A stretch of DNA of 64,000 bases. Source: Planctomycetota bacterium (GTDB lineage: Bacteria > Planctomycetota > UBA1135 > UBA2386). The stretch is taken from the NCBI GenBank assembly GCA_046290465.1, contig JBKAGP010000001.1, positions 4,640,001-4,704,000 of the forward strand, written 5' to 3'. The notes under the pieces are model-generated. The model did not search any database, was not told where the DNA came from, and worked only from the letters and a program-made list of their open reading frames with translations. Both the position numbers and the translations under genes were made by a program. Below, in pieces: positions 50,627 to 60,493 of the stretch. The number at the start of each line of letters is the position of its first letter. Within the stretch, counting starts at the first letter, position 1.

Positions 50627-52009
50627 TCAGCGCACGACGTGCCAGCGGGTCTGCCGGCCGCCGAGGTAGTAGACGCTGCGGCCGTCGAAGCAGGCGTCCT
50701 GTTCGAGGCCGATCTGCACCCATTGGTCGCCCCACTCCGGGACCTGCACCTTGACGTTGCCTTCGATCGCGTAGCAGGTGTTGGCGTGCAGCGGCCAGTC
50801 GCCGCGCACCGGCGTCGGGCCCTGGTTGTCCCACATGCCGATCGTCGGACCCGGGGCGTGCCCGAAGAAGCCGAGCGGGTGGGTGTAGACGCTGGCTCGC
50901 AGCCCTTCGGACGCGCACTTGCCGAGCGTCGTCGCCAGGATCTGGTTGCCGGTGCGACCGGCGACGAACGACGAGGTCAACAGGTCCTGCCAGTGGTTGC
51001 CGACCTGCAGCGCTGCGACCAGGCCGGCCGGCACGTCCCGTTCGTCGGGGTGCAGCACGTAGCCCATCTCCTGCGTGTCGGTGCACAGCCGCAGGTAGCG
51101 GATGCCGACGTCGCAGTGCAGCACGTCGCCGCGACGGATGGTCGCGTCGCTGTCGCCGAGGAACGGGCGGTCGCCGTCGGCCTGGTCGTTGCGTCGCTGC
51201 ACGTCGCAGATCGGATGGAACCAGACCGGCAGGCCGAGCGACGCGAAGCGCTGCCGCAGCCACCACCGAACGTCGTCGGTGGTGGTGACGCCGGGTGTGA
51301 TCACGTCGTTGGAGAACGCCTCGGCGATGACCCCTCGCGCCAGCTGCACGATCTGCGGATAGACCTCGAGTTCGAGCGTGGTGCGCGTCTCGAGCCAGCG
51401 CACGCACAGCTGCTCGGCGGAGCGCAGCCGCGCCGAACGTTCGCCGAGCGCCGCCTCGAGGCGGGCGCGCAGGCCCGCGCTCAGGCCGTCGGCGACGGCC
51501 CAGTCGTCGCTCGTGTCGACGGCGATCGTCTCGGGGTCGCGCTCGGCGACGATCTCACCGAGTCGCTGCCACTGCTCGTCGACGGAGCCGGTCGTGCCGC
51601 CGTCCCAGGCGCTCTGGTAGAGGTCGCCGAGGCCGTAGCGGCTGACGGTCAGGCGCTCGACCCCGTGCTCGTCGCCGCGGTCGAAGAACACCAGGATGGT
51701 CGTGCGCCGCGCCGCGAACACCGGCGCGGGCACCAGCGTGCGGTAGACGGGGTCCTCGTTGTACTCGCGATTGGCGACGATCCACATCGCGACGCCGCAC
51801 TCGCGCATCAGGCGCGGCAGCAGGTGGTCGAGCCGATCGACGAGCAGTTCGTTGATCTTCGCGCGCTGCGCCGCCAGCGGCAGCACCGCCGGCGGGCGAG
51901 GGACCTGGTAGCCCTGGTCCCATTGCTGCTGGGCCGGCAGGCCGGTGGCCGCGGCGGCGACCAGGGCGAGGGCTGCGGTGAGGTGGCGACGGGTTGGCTG
52001 CGCACGCAT
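50627..52009 (-). CDS. Secreted M24 (Xaa-Pro aminopeptidase-like) metallopeptidase
   Basis: REYNEDPV, HCDVGI..LCTDTQ, HPLGFFGHAPGP, AIE, LEQD. Confidence 0.9.
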   Translation of the reverse strand: MRAQPTRRHLTAALALVAAAATGLPAQQQWDQGYQVPRPPAVLPLAAQRAKINELLVDRLDHLLPRLMRECGVAMWIVANREYNEDPVYRTLVPAPVFAARRTTILVFFDRGDEHGVERLTVSRYGLGDLYQSAWDGGTTGSVDEQWQRLGEIVAERDPETIAVDTSDDWAVADGLSAGLRARLEAALGERSARLRSAEQLCVRWLETRTTLELEVYPQIVQLARGVIAEAFSNDVITPGVTTTDDVRWWLRQRFASLGLPVWFHPICDVQRRNDQADGDRPFLGDSDATIRRGDVLHCDVGIRYLRLCTDTQEMGYVLHPDERDVPAGLVAALQVGNHWQDLLTSSFVAGRTGNQILATTLGKCASEGLRASVYTHPLGFFGHAPGPTIGMWDNQGPTPVRGDWPLHANTCYAIEGNVKVQVPEWGDQWVQIGLEQDACFDGRSVYYLGGRQTRWHVVR

Positions 52010-52032
52010 GCCCGTCAGCGTAGCCGCCGCGG

Positions 52033-53682
52033 CTACGGACGCCGCAACGTCCAGCGTTCGGCGCCGAGCGCGCCGGCGCCGGTGTCGAGCCCGCCCTCGG
52101 GGATCGCACCCTGATGGTCGCGACCCGCGCCGAGCTGTGCCGGCAGGGACTGCGGGCGCGGAGCCTCGGTCGAGCGGCGCATCAGCCAGGTCAGTTCGGC
52201 GCCGAGGCGTTGGCCGGCGTCGTAGGGACGGATTGCGAACGAGGCGCCGTCGAACACGCGCGCGACCTCCGGGACCAGGATCGACGCGTTCTTGGCGACC
52301 TCGCCGTTGACGCGGCGCACCGCGGTCGTCTCGCGCCCGTGCCGCACCGTGTGGTTGCGATCGAGCATCGTCGGCATCGTGATGCGGCCGTCGCCGAGGT
52401 CGAGCCGCAGCTCGGCGTTGACGAGCGACGTGCGCTCGATCATGCGCAAGAACGAGATCGCGCGCTCCCTGGTCTCGCCCTCGGCGATCAGCAGCAGGCG
52501 GCCGCGACGGAACAGCGCGTGCGCGGTGTCGTCCCAGCTGTCGGGGCTGACGTTGCTGTGCAGCAGGTCCTGCAGCTCGTCGGCGTCGAAGCGGCCGGAC
52601 TGCGGCTCCTCGTCGTAGGACTCGTGCAGGTCCTCGCGGCCGCCGACCAGCCGTTCGCTGTCGTGGAAGCGCGGCCAGATGCCGCCGAACGAGGTCAGCG
52701 CCGAGGTCGGCAGCACGGCGACGTCGGCGGGGAGCTTGGCCTTCGGCGGTTCGTGGCGGGCGCGCACGACGATCGTGACGTTGCCGCCGAGTTCTGCCGG
52801 CGCGGTCGCGTTGAACACCAGCGCGCCGCCGTTGGGGATGCGCGCCGACATGCAGCCGGTGGTCGTGTCGACCAGCGGGCGCTGCAGGTCGCCCTGCAGC
52901 GACAGTCCGGTCTGGTGGTCGACCAGCGTGTCGAGTCGGCCGATCGCGAACTGCACCTGCACGACCAGGTCGTCGTCGCTGATCACGCGGTGCGGCGCCA
53001 CCAGCATGCCGACCCCGTCGAACGCCTCGTCGAACGTCGGCACCGCTAGCTGGCGGCCCTCGCTGATCTGCGGCTCGTAGGTGTGCAGGTAGCGCGTCGC
53101 GGTGTGGCGGCCGAGGTATGACGTCATGCCGGCCGGCGTCTGCGCCTTGCCGCGCCAGACCGGGTCGTGGCTCTCGAACAGACCGCGTGCCTGGTCGGGC
53201 TGCACGATCGTCGGCGGCAGCAGCGTGCCGTCGTGGCGGATCACGACCGCGTCGATCTGGACCTCGCAGACCAGGTGGTCGTCGAGTGCTGCGAGCAGCG
53301 CCTTGGTCTCGGCGAGGTGCGCCTTGGGTGCGGTGACGTGCAGGCGTCCTTCGCGCGCGTCGAGGCGGGCGCCGTCGGCCTCCTCCTCGAAGCGCCGATC
53401 GAGCAGGTGCACGATCTCGAACAGCTCGTCGAACTCGACCACGCACTCCGGTTCGGCGCGGGCGTGCACGAGGAACGGCCAGGACTCGAGCCGGCGCAGG
53501 CCGACCATCGACTGGAACGGCAGCCGCGGCGTCGGCTGGTGGACTCCGGTCAGGTGCTGGACCGGCAGGATCGCGTAGGCGTTGGGCTCGACGACGTCGC
53601 TCTGTGCTACGGCGGGGGTGGCGAGGGCGGCGAGCAGGACGGGCGACCACGCCGGACGGATGCGGCGGAGGGGGTGCTTCAT
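52033..53682 (-). CDS. Secreted secretin-like protein with two related modules
   Basis: Signal peptide; RYLHTYEPQISEG..AVP..FDG..VAP and AVRRVNGEVAKN..LVP..FDG..IRP; IPNGG / IPEGG. Confidence 0.55.
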   Translation of the reverse strand: MKHPLRRIRPAWSPVLLAALATPAVAQSDVVEPNAYAILPVQHLTGVHQPTPRLPFQSMVGLRRLESWPFLVHARAEPECVVEFDELFEIVHLLDRRFEEEADGARLDAREGRLHVTAPKAHLAETKALLAALDDHLVCEVQIDAVVIRHDGTLLPPTIVQPDQARGLFESHDPVWRGKAQTPAGMTSYLGRHTATRYLHTYEPQISEGRQLAVPTFDEAFDGVGMLVAPHRVISDDDLVVQVQFAIGRLDTLVDHQTGLSLQGDLQRPLVDTTTGCMSARIPNGGALVFNATAPAELGGNVTIVVRARHEPPKAKLPADVAVLPTSALTSFGGIWPRFHDSERLVGGREDLHESYDEEPQSGRFDADELQDLLHSNVSPDSWDDTAHALFRRGRLLLIAEGETRERAISFLRMIERTSLVNAELRLDLGDGRITMPTMLDRNHTVRHGRETTAVRRVNGEVAKNASILVPEVARVFDGASFAIRPYDAGQRLGAELTWLMRRSTEAPRPQSLPAQLGAGRDHQGAIPEGGLDTGAGALGAERWTLRRP

Positions 53683-53828
53683 GGGCGGGCTTCGAGGGTG
53701 ATGGGTTCGCCCGGTTGGACCGTGCGAGGCCGTGCGCGTAAGGACCGCGGCGCGTCGGCGGCGAATAGTTCCCGACCGTCACGTAGGCTGGCCCCGCCCG
53801 ATCGAACCCCCGCGACCGCGACCCCGCG

Positions 53829-55628
53829 ATGAGCCAAGCAAGCCAACCCAAGTCCCTCGGCCGCCGCCTGTTGACGTTCTTCGCCGTGGCTGCGGCGCTG
53901 CTCGGAGCGGTCGCCTTCTGGATCTGGAACGGCCCCGCCGCCGCGCCGCGCAATCCGCTGCGGCCGTTCGTCGTCGAGCGCCAGGCCGACGGCTCGTGGC
54001 CGCCGCTGCCGTCCGAGGAGCGGGCCTTCGAGGTGTCGTTCGGTGCGACCGAGCGGAGGTCGCAGACCCAGACGTCGACCCGGCAGGGCGTGACCGCCTC
54101 GCAGGACGCGCGCTTCGCCTGCCGTTCGATCCTGGTGACGACCCGCACGGACCGCCCGCTGGAGCAGGCGATCGCCGCGCGCGTCGTCGCCGGCCTGCAG
54201 CAGGACGACTACGTGCGGCAGGTGCGCTATCGGTCGGCGAACGCCGAGGTGCCGGTCGGCGTCGCGCGGCCGGACCTGGTCGTCGAGATCGAACTGCGGG
54301 ACGTCGACGACGACACGCTGCTCGGCAGCGGCGAAGGCAAGGCCGAACTCGTCGTGCACGTCGGCACCGGCATGCGGCACGGCAGCGTGCACAGGACCGA
54401 GGACCAGCCGGCGCCGCCGCGGATCGATCTGGATCTCGAGGTGACGGTGCAGTCGACGTTCGAGCAGGGTGGTTTCGCGACGCCCAACCTGGTGTTCGCG
54501 TCGATCGCCGACGAGCTGGCCGCGCCGGTGTGCAAGCACTTCGACAAGGAGTTCGCCGCGCTGCGCGAGCAGTACGGCGTGCCGCCGTACCTGCCGCCCG
54601 GCTTCGCCGTCGCGTTCCGTCCGGTCGACGAGCGCTTCGATGTCGCCCGGCTCGTGCCGGAGGGCGTGCCGGTCCGGCTGCTCGCTGCCTGGAACGGGCC
54701 GCTGATGCACAACGAGAGCTGGTGGTCGGCGCGCATCGACGGCACGGTGCAGGGCACGCTCGAGTGGGTCGAAGCCGCGATGGCCGAGATGGGCTACCAG
54801 CCCGACAAGGTCCACACGCGATCCCATCGCATCTACCGCGCGGGCGACGTCGTCATCACCGTCGACGCGATGCAGCCGCGCCGGCGGGTCGGCGTGCTCT
54901 ACCGCGCCGACGAGCCGCAGCCCGAGGTCGTCGACCTGAGCGTTCGCTATCGTCATCGCGCCGATCGGCAGCTGGTCGCGGCGGCGTTCGAGGGCGTGCT
55001 GGGGGACGGCGTCGCACCCGAAGTGCTGCTCGCCTGCCTCGCCAAGATGAAGGGCGACGCCCACGAGCGCGGCCTGCAGCGCGTCGGCGCGCTCGAGCTG
55101 GACGAACCGTCCGATCTGATGCTGCGGGCGCGCGCACGGGATCGCGCCGGCGACGCCGCCGGCGCGGCCGACGACCTGCTGCGGGCGCTGCTGTTCGCCG
55201 ACGTCAGCTTCGACCGGCGCAAGCAGGTCGAGAAGGTCGAGAGCGCCGCCAAGTCGCTGGAGATCGAGCTCGACCGCTACGGCGTCGCCCCGGAGTGGCT
55301 GCGGGACAACGGCTTCTTCGAGCTGCAGAAGGACGGCGAGGCCGTCGAGGCGACGGCGACCGGCAGCGAGCCGGTGCGCTGCTTCGTGATGTCGCAGGAC
55401 GGCGACGGACGCGACGTCGCCAGGCTGTTCGCGGTCGGGCCGGACCGCTCGAGCAGCAGCGGCGAGTGGCTGGGTTCGATCCTGGTGTTCGACCACGGCC
55501 ACACCAGTTCGCAGGGGCGCGGCGGCAGCGGGGAGCGCACCTACCCCTCGGACTTCGGCACGATCCACTACGAGTTCGTCGACGATCCGGCCGACGCGCG
55601 TGCCGACGTGCGCGTCCGGTTGCGCTGA
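53829..55628 (+). CDS. Membrane-anchored hypothetical protein
   Basis: N-terminal TM, 599-aa ORF with typical codon usage. Confidence 0.75.
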   Translation: MSQASQPKSLGRRLLTFFAVAAALLGAVAFWIWNGPAAAPRNPLRPFVVERQADGSWPPLPSEERAFEVSFGATERRSQTQTSTRQGVTASQDARFACRSILVTTRTDRPLEQAIAARVVAGLQQDDYVRQVRYRSANAEVPVGVARPDLVVEIELRDVDDDTLLGSGEGKAELVVHVGTGMRHGSVHRTEDQPAPPRIDLDLEVTVQSTFEQGGFATPNLVFASIADELAAPVCKHFDKEFAALREQYGVPPYLPPGFAVAFRPVDERFDVARLVPEGVPVRLLAAWNGPLMHNESWWSARIDGTVQGTLEWVEAAMAEMGYQPDKVHTRSHRIYRAGDVVITVDAMQPRRRVGVLYRADEPQPEVVDLSVRYRHRADRQLVAAAFEGVLGDGVAPEVLLACLAKMKGDAHERGLQRVGALELDEPSDLMLRARARDRAGDAAGAADDLLRALLFADVSFDRRKQVEKVESAAKSLEIELDRYGVAPEWLRDNGFFELQKDGEAVEATATGSEPVRCFVMSQDGDGRDVARLFAVGPDRSSSSGEWLGSILVFDHGHTSSQGRGGSGERTYPSDFGTIHYEFVDDPADARADVRVRLR

Positions 55629-55743
55629 CGCCGTCACCGATGCGCCGGTGCGAAGGGCTGGACGGCCGCGTGGCGCGCCCGGTGCGATCGGTGGTGCAAT
55701 CGGTGGCTTGAGTTGCGCGGCGTTCGGAAGTTCGATGGGGGCA

Positions 55744-56073
55744 ATGACCTCGGACTTCTACTGTGACGAAGTGCTGAGCGGGCGCACCGCCGTCGACGTG
55801 GTCGCGGAGACGCCCGAGGTGCTCGCCTACCACCACACGCGGCCGTTCTGGCCGGTGCACATCGTCGTGATCCCCAAGCTGCACGTGCCGTCGCTGACCG
55901 ACCTCGGAGACGGCGACGAGGCGCTGCTGCATCGGCTGCTGACGGTCGTGCGCGAGGTGGCTTCGGACGTCGAACGCGAGCACGGCAAGGCGCGCGTGCT
56001 GACCAACCTCGGCGCCTACCAGGACAGCAAGCACCTGCACTTCCACGTCAACAGCGGGGAGCCACGGCGATGA
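55744..56073 (+). CDS. HIT family nucleotide hydrolase
   Basis: HIVVIPKLH, HLHFH triad. Confidence 0.93.
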   Translation: MTSDFYCDEVLSGRTAVDVVAETPEVLAYHHTRPFWPVHIVVIPKLHVPSLTDLGDGDEALLHRLLTVVREVASDVEREHGKARVLTNLGAYQDSKHLHFHVNSGEPRR

Positions 56074-57173
56074 GTCGCGCTCCGATCGACCCCGCGCACC
56101 TGCGAGACGCGGTGTCGCAGTTCGCCATCGCCGGCGAGCTGTGCGACGTGCAGCCGCTGCAGCGTGGGCACATCCACGACACGTTCGTGTCGACCTGGTC
56201 GGACGAGGGGCGGCAGCGTCGCTTCCTGCACCAGCGCATGAACGACAAGGTGTTCCACGACATCCCGGCGGTGATGCACAACATCGAGACCGTCAGTCGG
56301 CACCTGCGGCGCAAGATGGCCGGCAAGAGCACGCTCGACGGCTTCCGTGTGCTCGACCTGGTGTCGACGCGTGAGGAGCGCTCCTACCTGGTGGCGGACA
56401 GCGGCCAGTGGCGCACCTACTCGTTCATCGAGAACACCTCGAGCCGTGATCACTGCAGCCGGCCGGAGCAGGCCTTCGAGGCGGCGCGCGCGTTCGGTTG
56501 GTTCACGTCCCAGCTCGCCGACCTCGACGCGAGCAACCTGCGCGAGACGTTGCCGCGGTTCTTCAGCACGCCCTACCGGCTGCAGCAGTTCGAGGATGCG
56601 CTCGCGGAGGATCCGCGCAACCGCGCCAAGGACTGCGTCGGCGAGATCCGCTTCGCGCAGACGCGGCGCGAGTCGGCGTTCGTGATCGACGGCATGCTGC
56701 AGCGCGGCGAGCTGCCGATGCGGACCGTGCACGGTGACACCAAGCTCAACAACGTGCTGTTCTGCAACGAGACCGACCGGGCGCAGTGCATCGTCGACCT
56801 CGACACCTGCATGCCCGGCTACTCGCTGTACGACTTCGGCGATCTGGTGCGATTCACCGCGGCGACCTCCGACGAGGACGAGCGCGACCTCGACCAGGTC
56901 GGCACCGACCTCGGCCTCTACCGACAGCTCGTCAACGGCTACCTCGAGGGCACGCGCGGCGCGCTCTCCAAGGTCGAGATCGAGCTGATGCCGTTCGCGG
57001 CGCGGCTGGTCACCTGCACGATCGGACTGCGCTTCCTCGCCGACCACCTGGCCGGCGACGTGTACTTCAAGGTCCATCGTGAAGGGCACAATCTCGATCG
57101 GGCGCGCGTGCAGTTTCGGATGGTCGAGAAGATGGAGGAGCAGGCCGACGCGATGGCCGTCGTCGCCAGCTGA
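56070..57173 (+). CDS. APH-family phosphotransferase (N-acetylhexosamine 1-kinase-like)
   Basis: GHIHDTF, HGDTKLNNVLF, VDLDT, YDFGD, RFLADHLAGDVYFK. Confidence 0.9.
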   Translation: MSRAPIDPAHLRDAVSQFAIAGELCDVQPLQRGHIHDTFVSTWSDEGRQRRFLHQRMNDKVFHDIPAVMHNIETVSRHLRRKMAGKSTLDGFRVLDLVSTREERSYLVADSGQWRTYSFIENTSSRDHCSRPEQAFEAARAFGWFTSQLADLDASNLRETLPRFFSTPYRLQQFEDALAEDPRNRAKDCVGEIRFAQTRRESAFVIDGMLQRGELPMRTVHGDTKLNNVLFCNETDRAQCIVDLDTCMPGYSLYDFGDLVRFTAATSDEDERDLDQVGTDLGLYRQLVNGYLEGTRGALSKVEIELMPFAARLVTCTIGLRFLADHLAGDVYFKVHREGHNLDRARVQFRMVEKMEEQADAMAVVAS

Positions 57174-57184
57174 GCTTCCGAACG

Positions 57185-57952
57185 ATGTGCGAGCTTCGCA
57201 GCTACCTGATCTGTGCGACGCAGCGATGCGGCAGCACGCTGCTGTGCGAGTGGCTCGACCAGACCGGCGTGCTGGGCCATCCCAACGAGTACCTCGGCCT
57301 GTGGCAGGAGTACGCGAATCGGGACGACGCGCCGTTCTGGGAGCTGGTGGTGCAGGAGACCAAGGACCGCTGGCGCGGCGCCAACGGCGTGTTCGGCTGC
57401 AAGGTGATGGCCAACACGTTTCCGGTCGCGATGCAGTGGCTGCGGCGAGTGCCGGCGGCCGCGGGCCTGGACGACTGGCGCGTCGGACAGCTGGCGTTCG
57501 GGCCGGGGCCGGTGGTGCGGGTGCAGCGGCGGGACCGGGTGCGACAGGCGATCTCGCGCTACATCGCGATGCAGACCGGCATCTACCACGTCGCCGCCGA
57601 CGATGCGGTCGGCAGCGAACTGCTCGGGGGCGCGCTGGGCAGTCGCGAGGCGGACCGCCGCGAGCGGATCCCGTTCGACTTCGCCGCGATCGACGCGCAG
57701 GTGGCGCTGATCGGCCGGGAGGAGCGCTACTGGGACGAGCTGTTCGCGGCGGCCGGGGTGGCGCCGCTCGAGCTGGTCTACGAGGACTTCGTGCGCGACC
57801 GGGCCGGCACCGTGCGGGCCGTGCTCGAGCACGTCGGCATCGACCCGGCGGACGCCAACCTCGCGTTCGAGGAGCGCATGGCGCGCATGTCGGACGGTGT
57901 CAACGAGCGGTTCTATCGGGAGTACCAGGCACACAAGGATGCGGCGGGCTGA
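57185..57952 (+). CDS. Stf0-family sulfotransferase
   Basis: ICATQRCGSTLLC, GHPNEY, NGVFGCK, RRDRVRQAIS, LVYED. Confidence 0.9.
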   Translation: MCELRSYLICATQRCGSTLLCEWLDQTGVLGHPNEYLGLWQEYANRDDAPFWELVVQETKDRWRGANGVFGCKVMANTFPVAMQWLRRVPAAAGLDDWRVGQLAFGPGPVVRVQRRDRVRQAISRYIAMQTGIYHVAADDAVGSELLGGALGSREADRRERIPFDFAAIDAQVALIGREERYWDELFAAAGVAPLELVYEDFVRDRAGTVRAVLEHVGIDPADANLAFEERMARMSDGVNERFYREYQAHKDAAG

Positions 57953-57973
57953 TCCGGTAAGGTCTCTCGGCCG

Positions 57974-59473
57974 ATGTCCGACGACGACCTGCACCAACGA
58001 GACCGACACGAGCCGCACCTGCAGTGGCTCGAGGCCCTGGCGGCCTCCCCCGAGCGGCTGCTCGACCTCGACGAAGACCTGCTCAACCGGCTGCGGCGCG
58101 CGGCCGGCAAGGTCGCGCTGCCCGACCGCATGACGCGCCGCAAGCTGGCGCACGAGCGGCGCAGCCGGCTCCGCCGTGAGGTTCGCGAGCAGGACGACCG
58201 CGCGCTCGAGGCGACCAGCAACCGCCAGCTGAAGCGCGCGCTGTCGTTCCCGGTGGCGCCGCGGCAGCTCGAGATCACCGCCGAACAGCGGCAGTTGCTG
58301 GAGCGGCAGGCGCGCGAACGACCCAAGGAAGAGCGCCGACGCCTCAACAAGTCGCAGGCGTGCTACGTCTGCAAGGAGCAGTACACCGAGCTGCACTTCC
58401 ACTACGACTCGATGTGCCCGAACTGCGCCGACCTCAACTGGGTCAAGCGCACCGCGACCGCCGATCTGAGCGGCCGGGTCGCGATCGTCACCGGCTCGCG
58501 CGTCAAGATCGGCTACGAGATCGTGCTGTTCCTGCTGCGCGCCGGCTGCCGGGTGATCGCGACGACGCGCTTTGCGTGCGATGCCGCGCGGCGCTTCGAG
58601 CAGGCCGAGGACTTCGAGCTGTGGCGCGATCGGCTCGACCTGCGCGCGCTCGACCTGCGCCACACGCCGTCGGTCGAGAACTTCTGCGACGAGCTGCTGC
58701 GCACCGAGACGCGGCTCGACTTCCTGGTGCACAACGCCTGCCAGACCGTTCGGCGGCCGCCCGACTGCTACCGCGACATGGCGTCGCGCGAGAATCCGCA
58801 GGACCTGCCGCCGCAGCTGCAGGGCCTGCTCGGCCAGCAGACGTCCGAACGGGCGCTGTCGATCCACCGCGCGCCGGACAGCGTCGCCGCGCTGAGCCAG
58901 CTCGACTTGCTGGGCGAGGGCGACCAGAGCCACCTGTTCCCGACCGAGATGAAGGACGGCGAGGGCCAGCAGCTCGACCTGCGCGACAAGAACTCGTGGC
59001 GCATGGAGCTGGCCGAGGTGCCGACGGTCGAACTGCTCGAGGTGCAGCTGGTCAACCAGATCGCTCCGTTCGTGATGAATGGCCGGCTCAAGCCGCTGAT
59101 GCTCGCGGTGCCGACGGCGGACAAGCACATCGTCAACGTGTCGGCGATGGAGGGGCAGTTCAACCGCGCGCTCAAGACGACGCGCCACCCGCACACCAAC
59201 ATGGCCAAGGCGGCGCTCAACATGATGACGCGCACGTCGGCGGCGGACTACGTCAAGGACGGCATCCACATGAACAGCGTCGACACCGGCTGGGTGACCG
59301 ACGAGGACGACTTCGCGCGCACGGTCGAGAAGGAGGAAGCGCAGAGGTTCGCGCCGCCGCTCGACTCGATCGACGGCGCCGCGCGGTGCGTCGATCCGAT
59401 CTTCGTCGGCATCAACACCGGCCACCACTGCTGGGGCCAGTTCCTCAAGGACTACGCGCCGGCGCCGTGGTAG
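57974..59473 (+). CDS. SDR-family oxidoreductase with N-terminal CxxC zinc-binding motif
   Basis: CYVCK..MCPNC, VTGSRVKIG, NVSAMEG, HTNMAKAALNM. Confidence 0.9.
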   Translation: MSDDDLHQRDRHEPHLQWLEALAASPERLLDLDEDLLNRLRRAAGKVALPDRMTRRKLAHERRSRLRREVREQDDRALEATSNRQLKRALSFPVAPRQLEITAEQRQLLERQARERPKEERRRLNKSQACYVCKEQYTELHFHYDSMCPNCADLNWVKRTATADLSGRVAIVTGSRVKIGYEIVLFLLRAGCRVIATTRFACDAARRFEQAEDFELWRDRLDLRALDLRHTPSVENFCDELLRTETRLDFLVHNACQTVRRPPDCYRDMASRENPQDLPPQLQGLLGQQTSERALSIHRAPDSVAALSQLDLLGEGDQSHLFPTEMKDGEGQQLDLRDKNSWRMELAEVPTVELLEVQLVNQIAPFVMNGRLKPLMLAVPTADKHIVNVSAMEGQFNRALKTTRHPHTNMAKAALNMMTRTSAADYVKDGIHMNSVDTGWVTDEDDFARTVEKEEAQRFAPPLDSIDGAARCVDPIFVGINTGHHCWGQFLKDYAPAPW

Positions 59474-59475
59474 GG

Positions 59476-60186
59476 ATGCTCGAACAGGTGCACGTCGTGC
59501 TGTTGCGGCCGCGCTGGGCGCGCAACCTCGGCAGCGTCGCGCGCGCGATGAAGAACTTCGGCCTGCAGCGGCTGTCGATCGTCGAGTCGCAGATCGGTTC
59601 GTGGAACGACGCGTGGCAGATGGCGGTGCACGCCGACGACGTGCTCGACGCGGCCGTGCAGACCGAGGACCTGGAGGCGACGCTCGCCGAGGCCAGCTGG
59701 GTCGTCGGCACGACCAACAACCCGCCGAAGTCGGTGCGCGTCATGACGCCGCGCGAGGTCGCCGAGGAGGCGTTGCGGCGCGGCCCGCCGACGCTGCTGT
59801 TCGGCGGCGAAATCAACGGCCTCGACCCCGCCGAACTGCTGCGCTGCCATGCCGTGTCGGTGGTGCCGACCGCGCCCGCGCAGTCGTCGCTCAACCTCGC
59901 CCAGGCGGTCTGCGTCTACGGTGCCGAGCTGTTCGCCGCGTGCCGGCAGGCGGAGACGAGCGACGCGCCGGTCGAGGTCGCGGCTTCGACCGAGTTGATG
60001 CAGCGGCTCGAGAAGCTGCTCGAGCACGCGCTGAGCCAGTCGCAGTGGGCCAAGGCCAACCGGCCGAAGAACGCGATCGGCCAGCTGATGCAGCCGTTCT
60101 ATCGGGCCGGCCTGACCGAGAGCGAGGTGCACGCGTGGCTGTCGGCGATGGGCAAGATCTGGCGCCCGAAGGACGCCGAGTACTAG
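59476..60186 (+). CDS. SPOUT RNA methyltransferase, TrmJ/LasT family
   Basis: NLGSVARAMKNFG, VVGTT, FGGEINGL, SLNLAQAV. Confidence 0.9.
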   Translation: MLEQVHVVLLRPRWARNLGSVARAMKNFGLQRLSIVESQIGSWNDAWQMAVHADDVLDAAVQTEDLEATLAEASWVVGTTNNPPKSVRVMTPREVAEEALRRGPPTLLFGGEINGLDPAELLRCHAVSVVPTAPAQSSLNLAQAVCVYGAELFAACRQAETSDAPVEVAASTELMQRLEKLLEHALSQSQWAKANRPKNAIGQLMQPFYRAGLTESEVHAWLSAMGKIWRPKDAEY

Positions 60187-60352
60187 GAGCGCGTCCATGT
60201 AGTGGACGCGCTGCCAACCGTGATCGCGGAAGCGGCGTGTACGCATACGGACGGGGCTTTGCCCACTAGGAGCGCGTCCATGTAGTGGACGCGATGCCAA
60301 CCGTGATCGCGGAAGCGGCGTGTACGCTTGCGGACGGGGATTTGCCAACTAG
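60183..60352 (-). mobile_element. Second tandem doublet of the 83-bp CTAG-bounded element, inverted orientation
   Basis: CTAG at 60183, 60266 and 60349; reverse complement of 41602-41771 with a few mismatches. Confidence 0.8.
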
Positions 60353-60493
60353 CCCGCAACCGCCCATGCCGTCGGGGGCACGGTCCCCGTTCACGATGCC
60401 GCGAGCGGCGTGCCGATGGAGCGATGTCGAGCCGCGCGTCCCACGGACGCGTGGCCCGGCCTTGTTCGACGAAGCGCACCCGCGACCTGCAGC

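Noticed and set aside
56070..57173. Aminoglycoside resistance gene
   Set aside because: Motifs fit the NahK-like sugar kinase branch of the APH fold
49238..59428. Very long ORFs such as 49238-52114 (+), 53679-55637 (-), 56939-59428 (-) and the 1173-aa extension to 54148
   Set aside because: Shadow or alternate frames overlapping well-supported genes; the M24 peptidase starts at 52009
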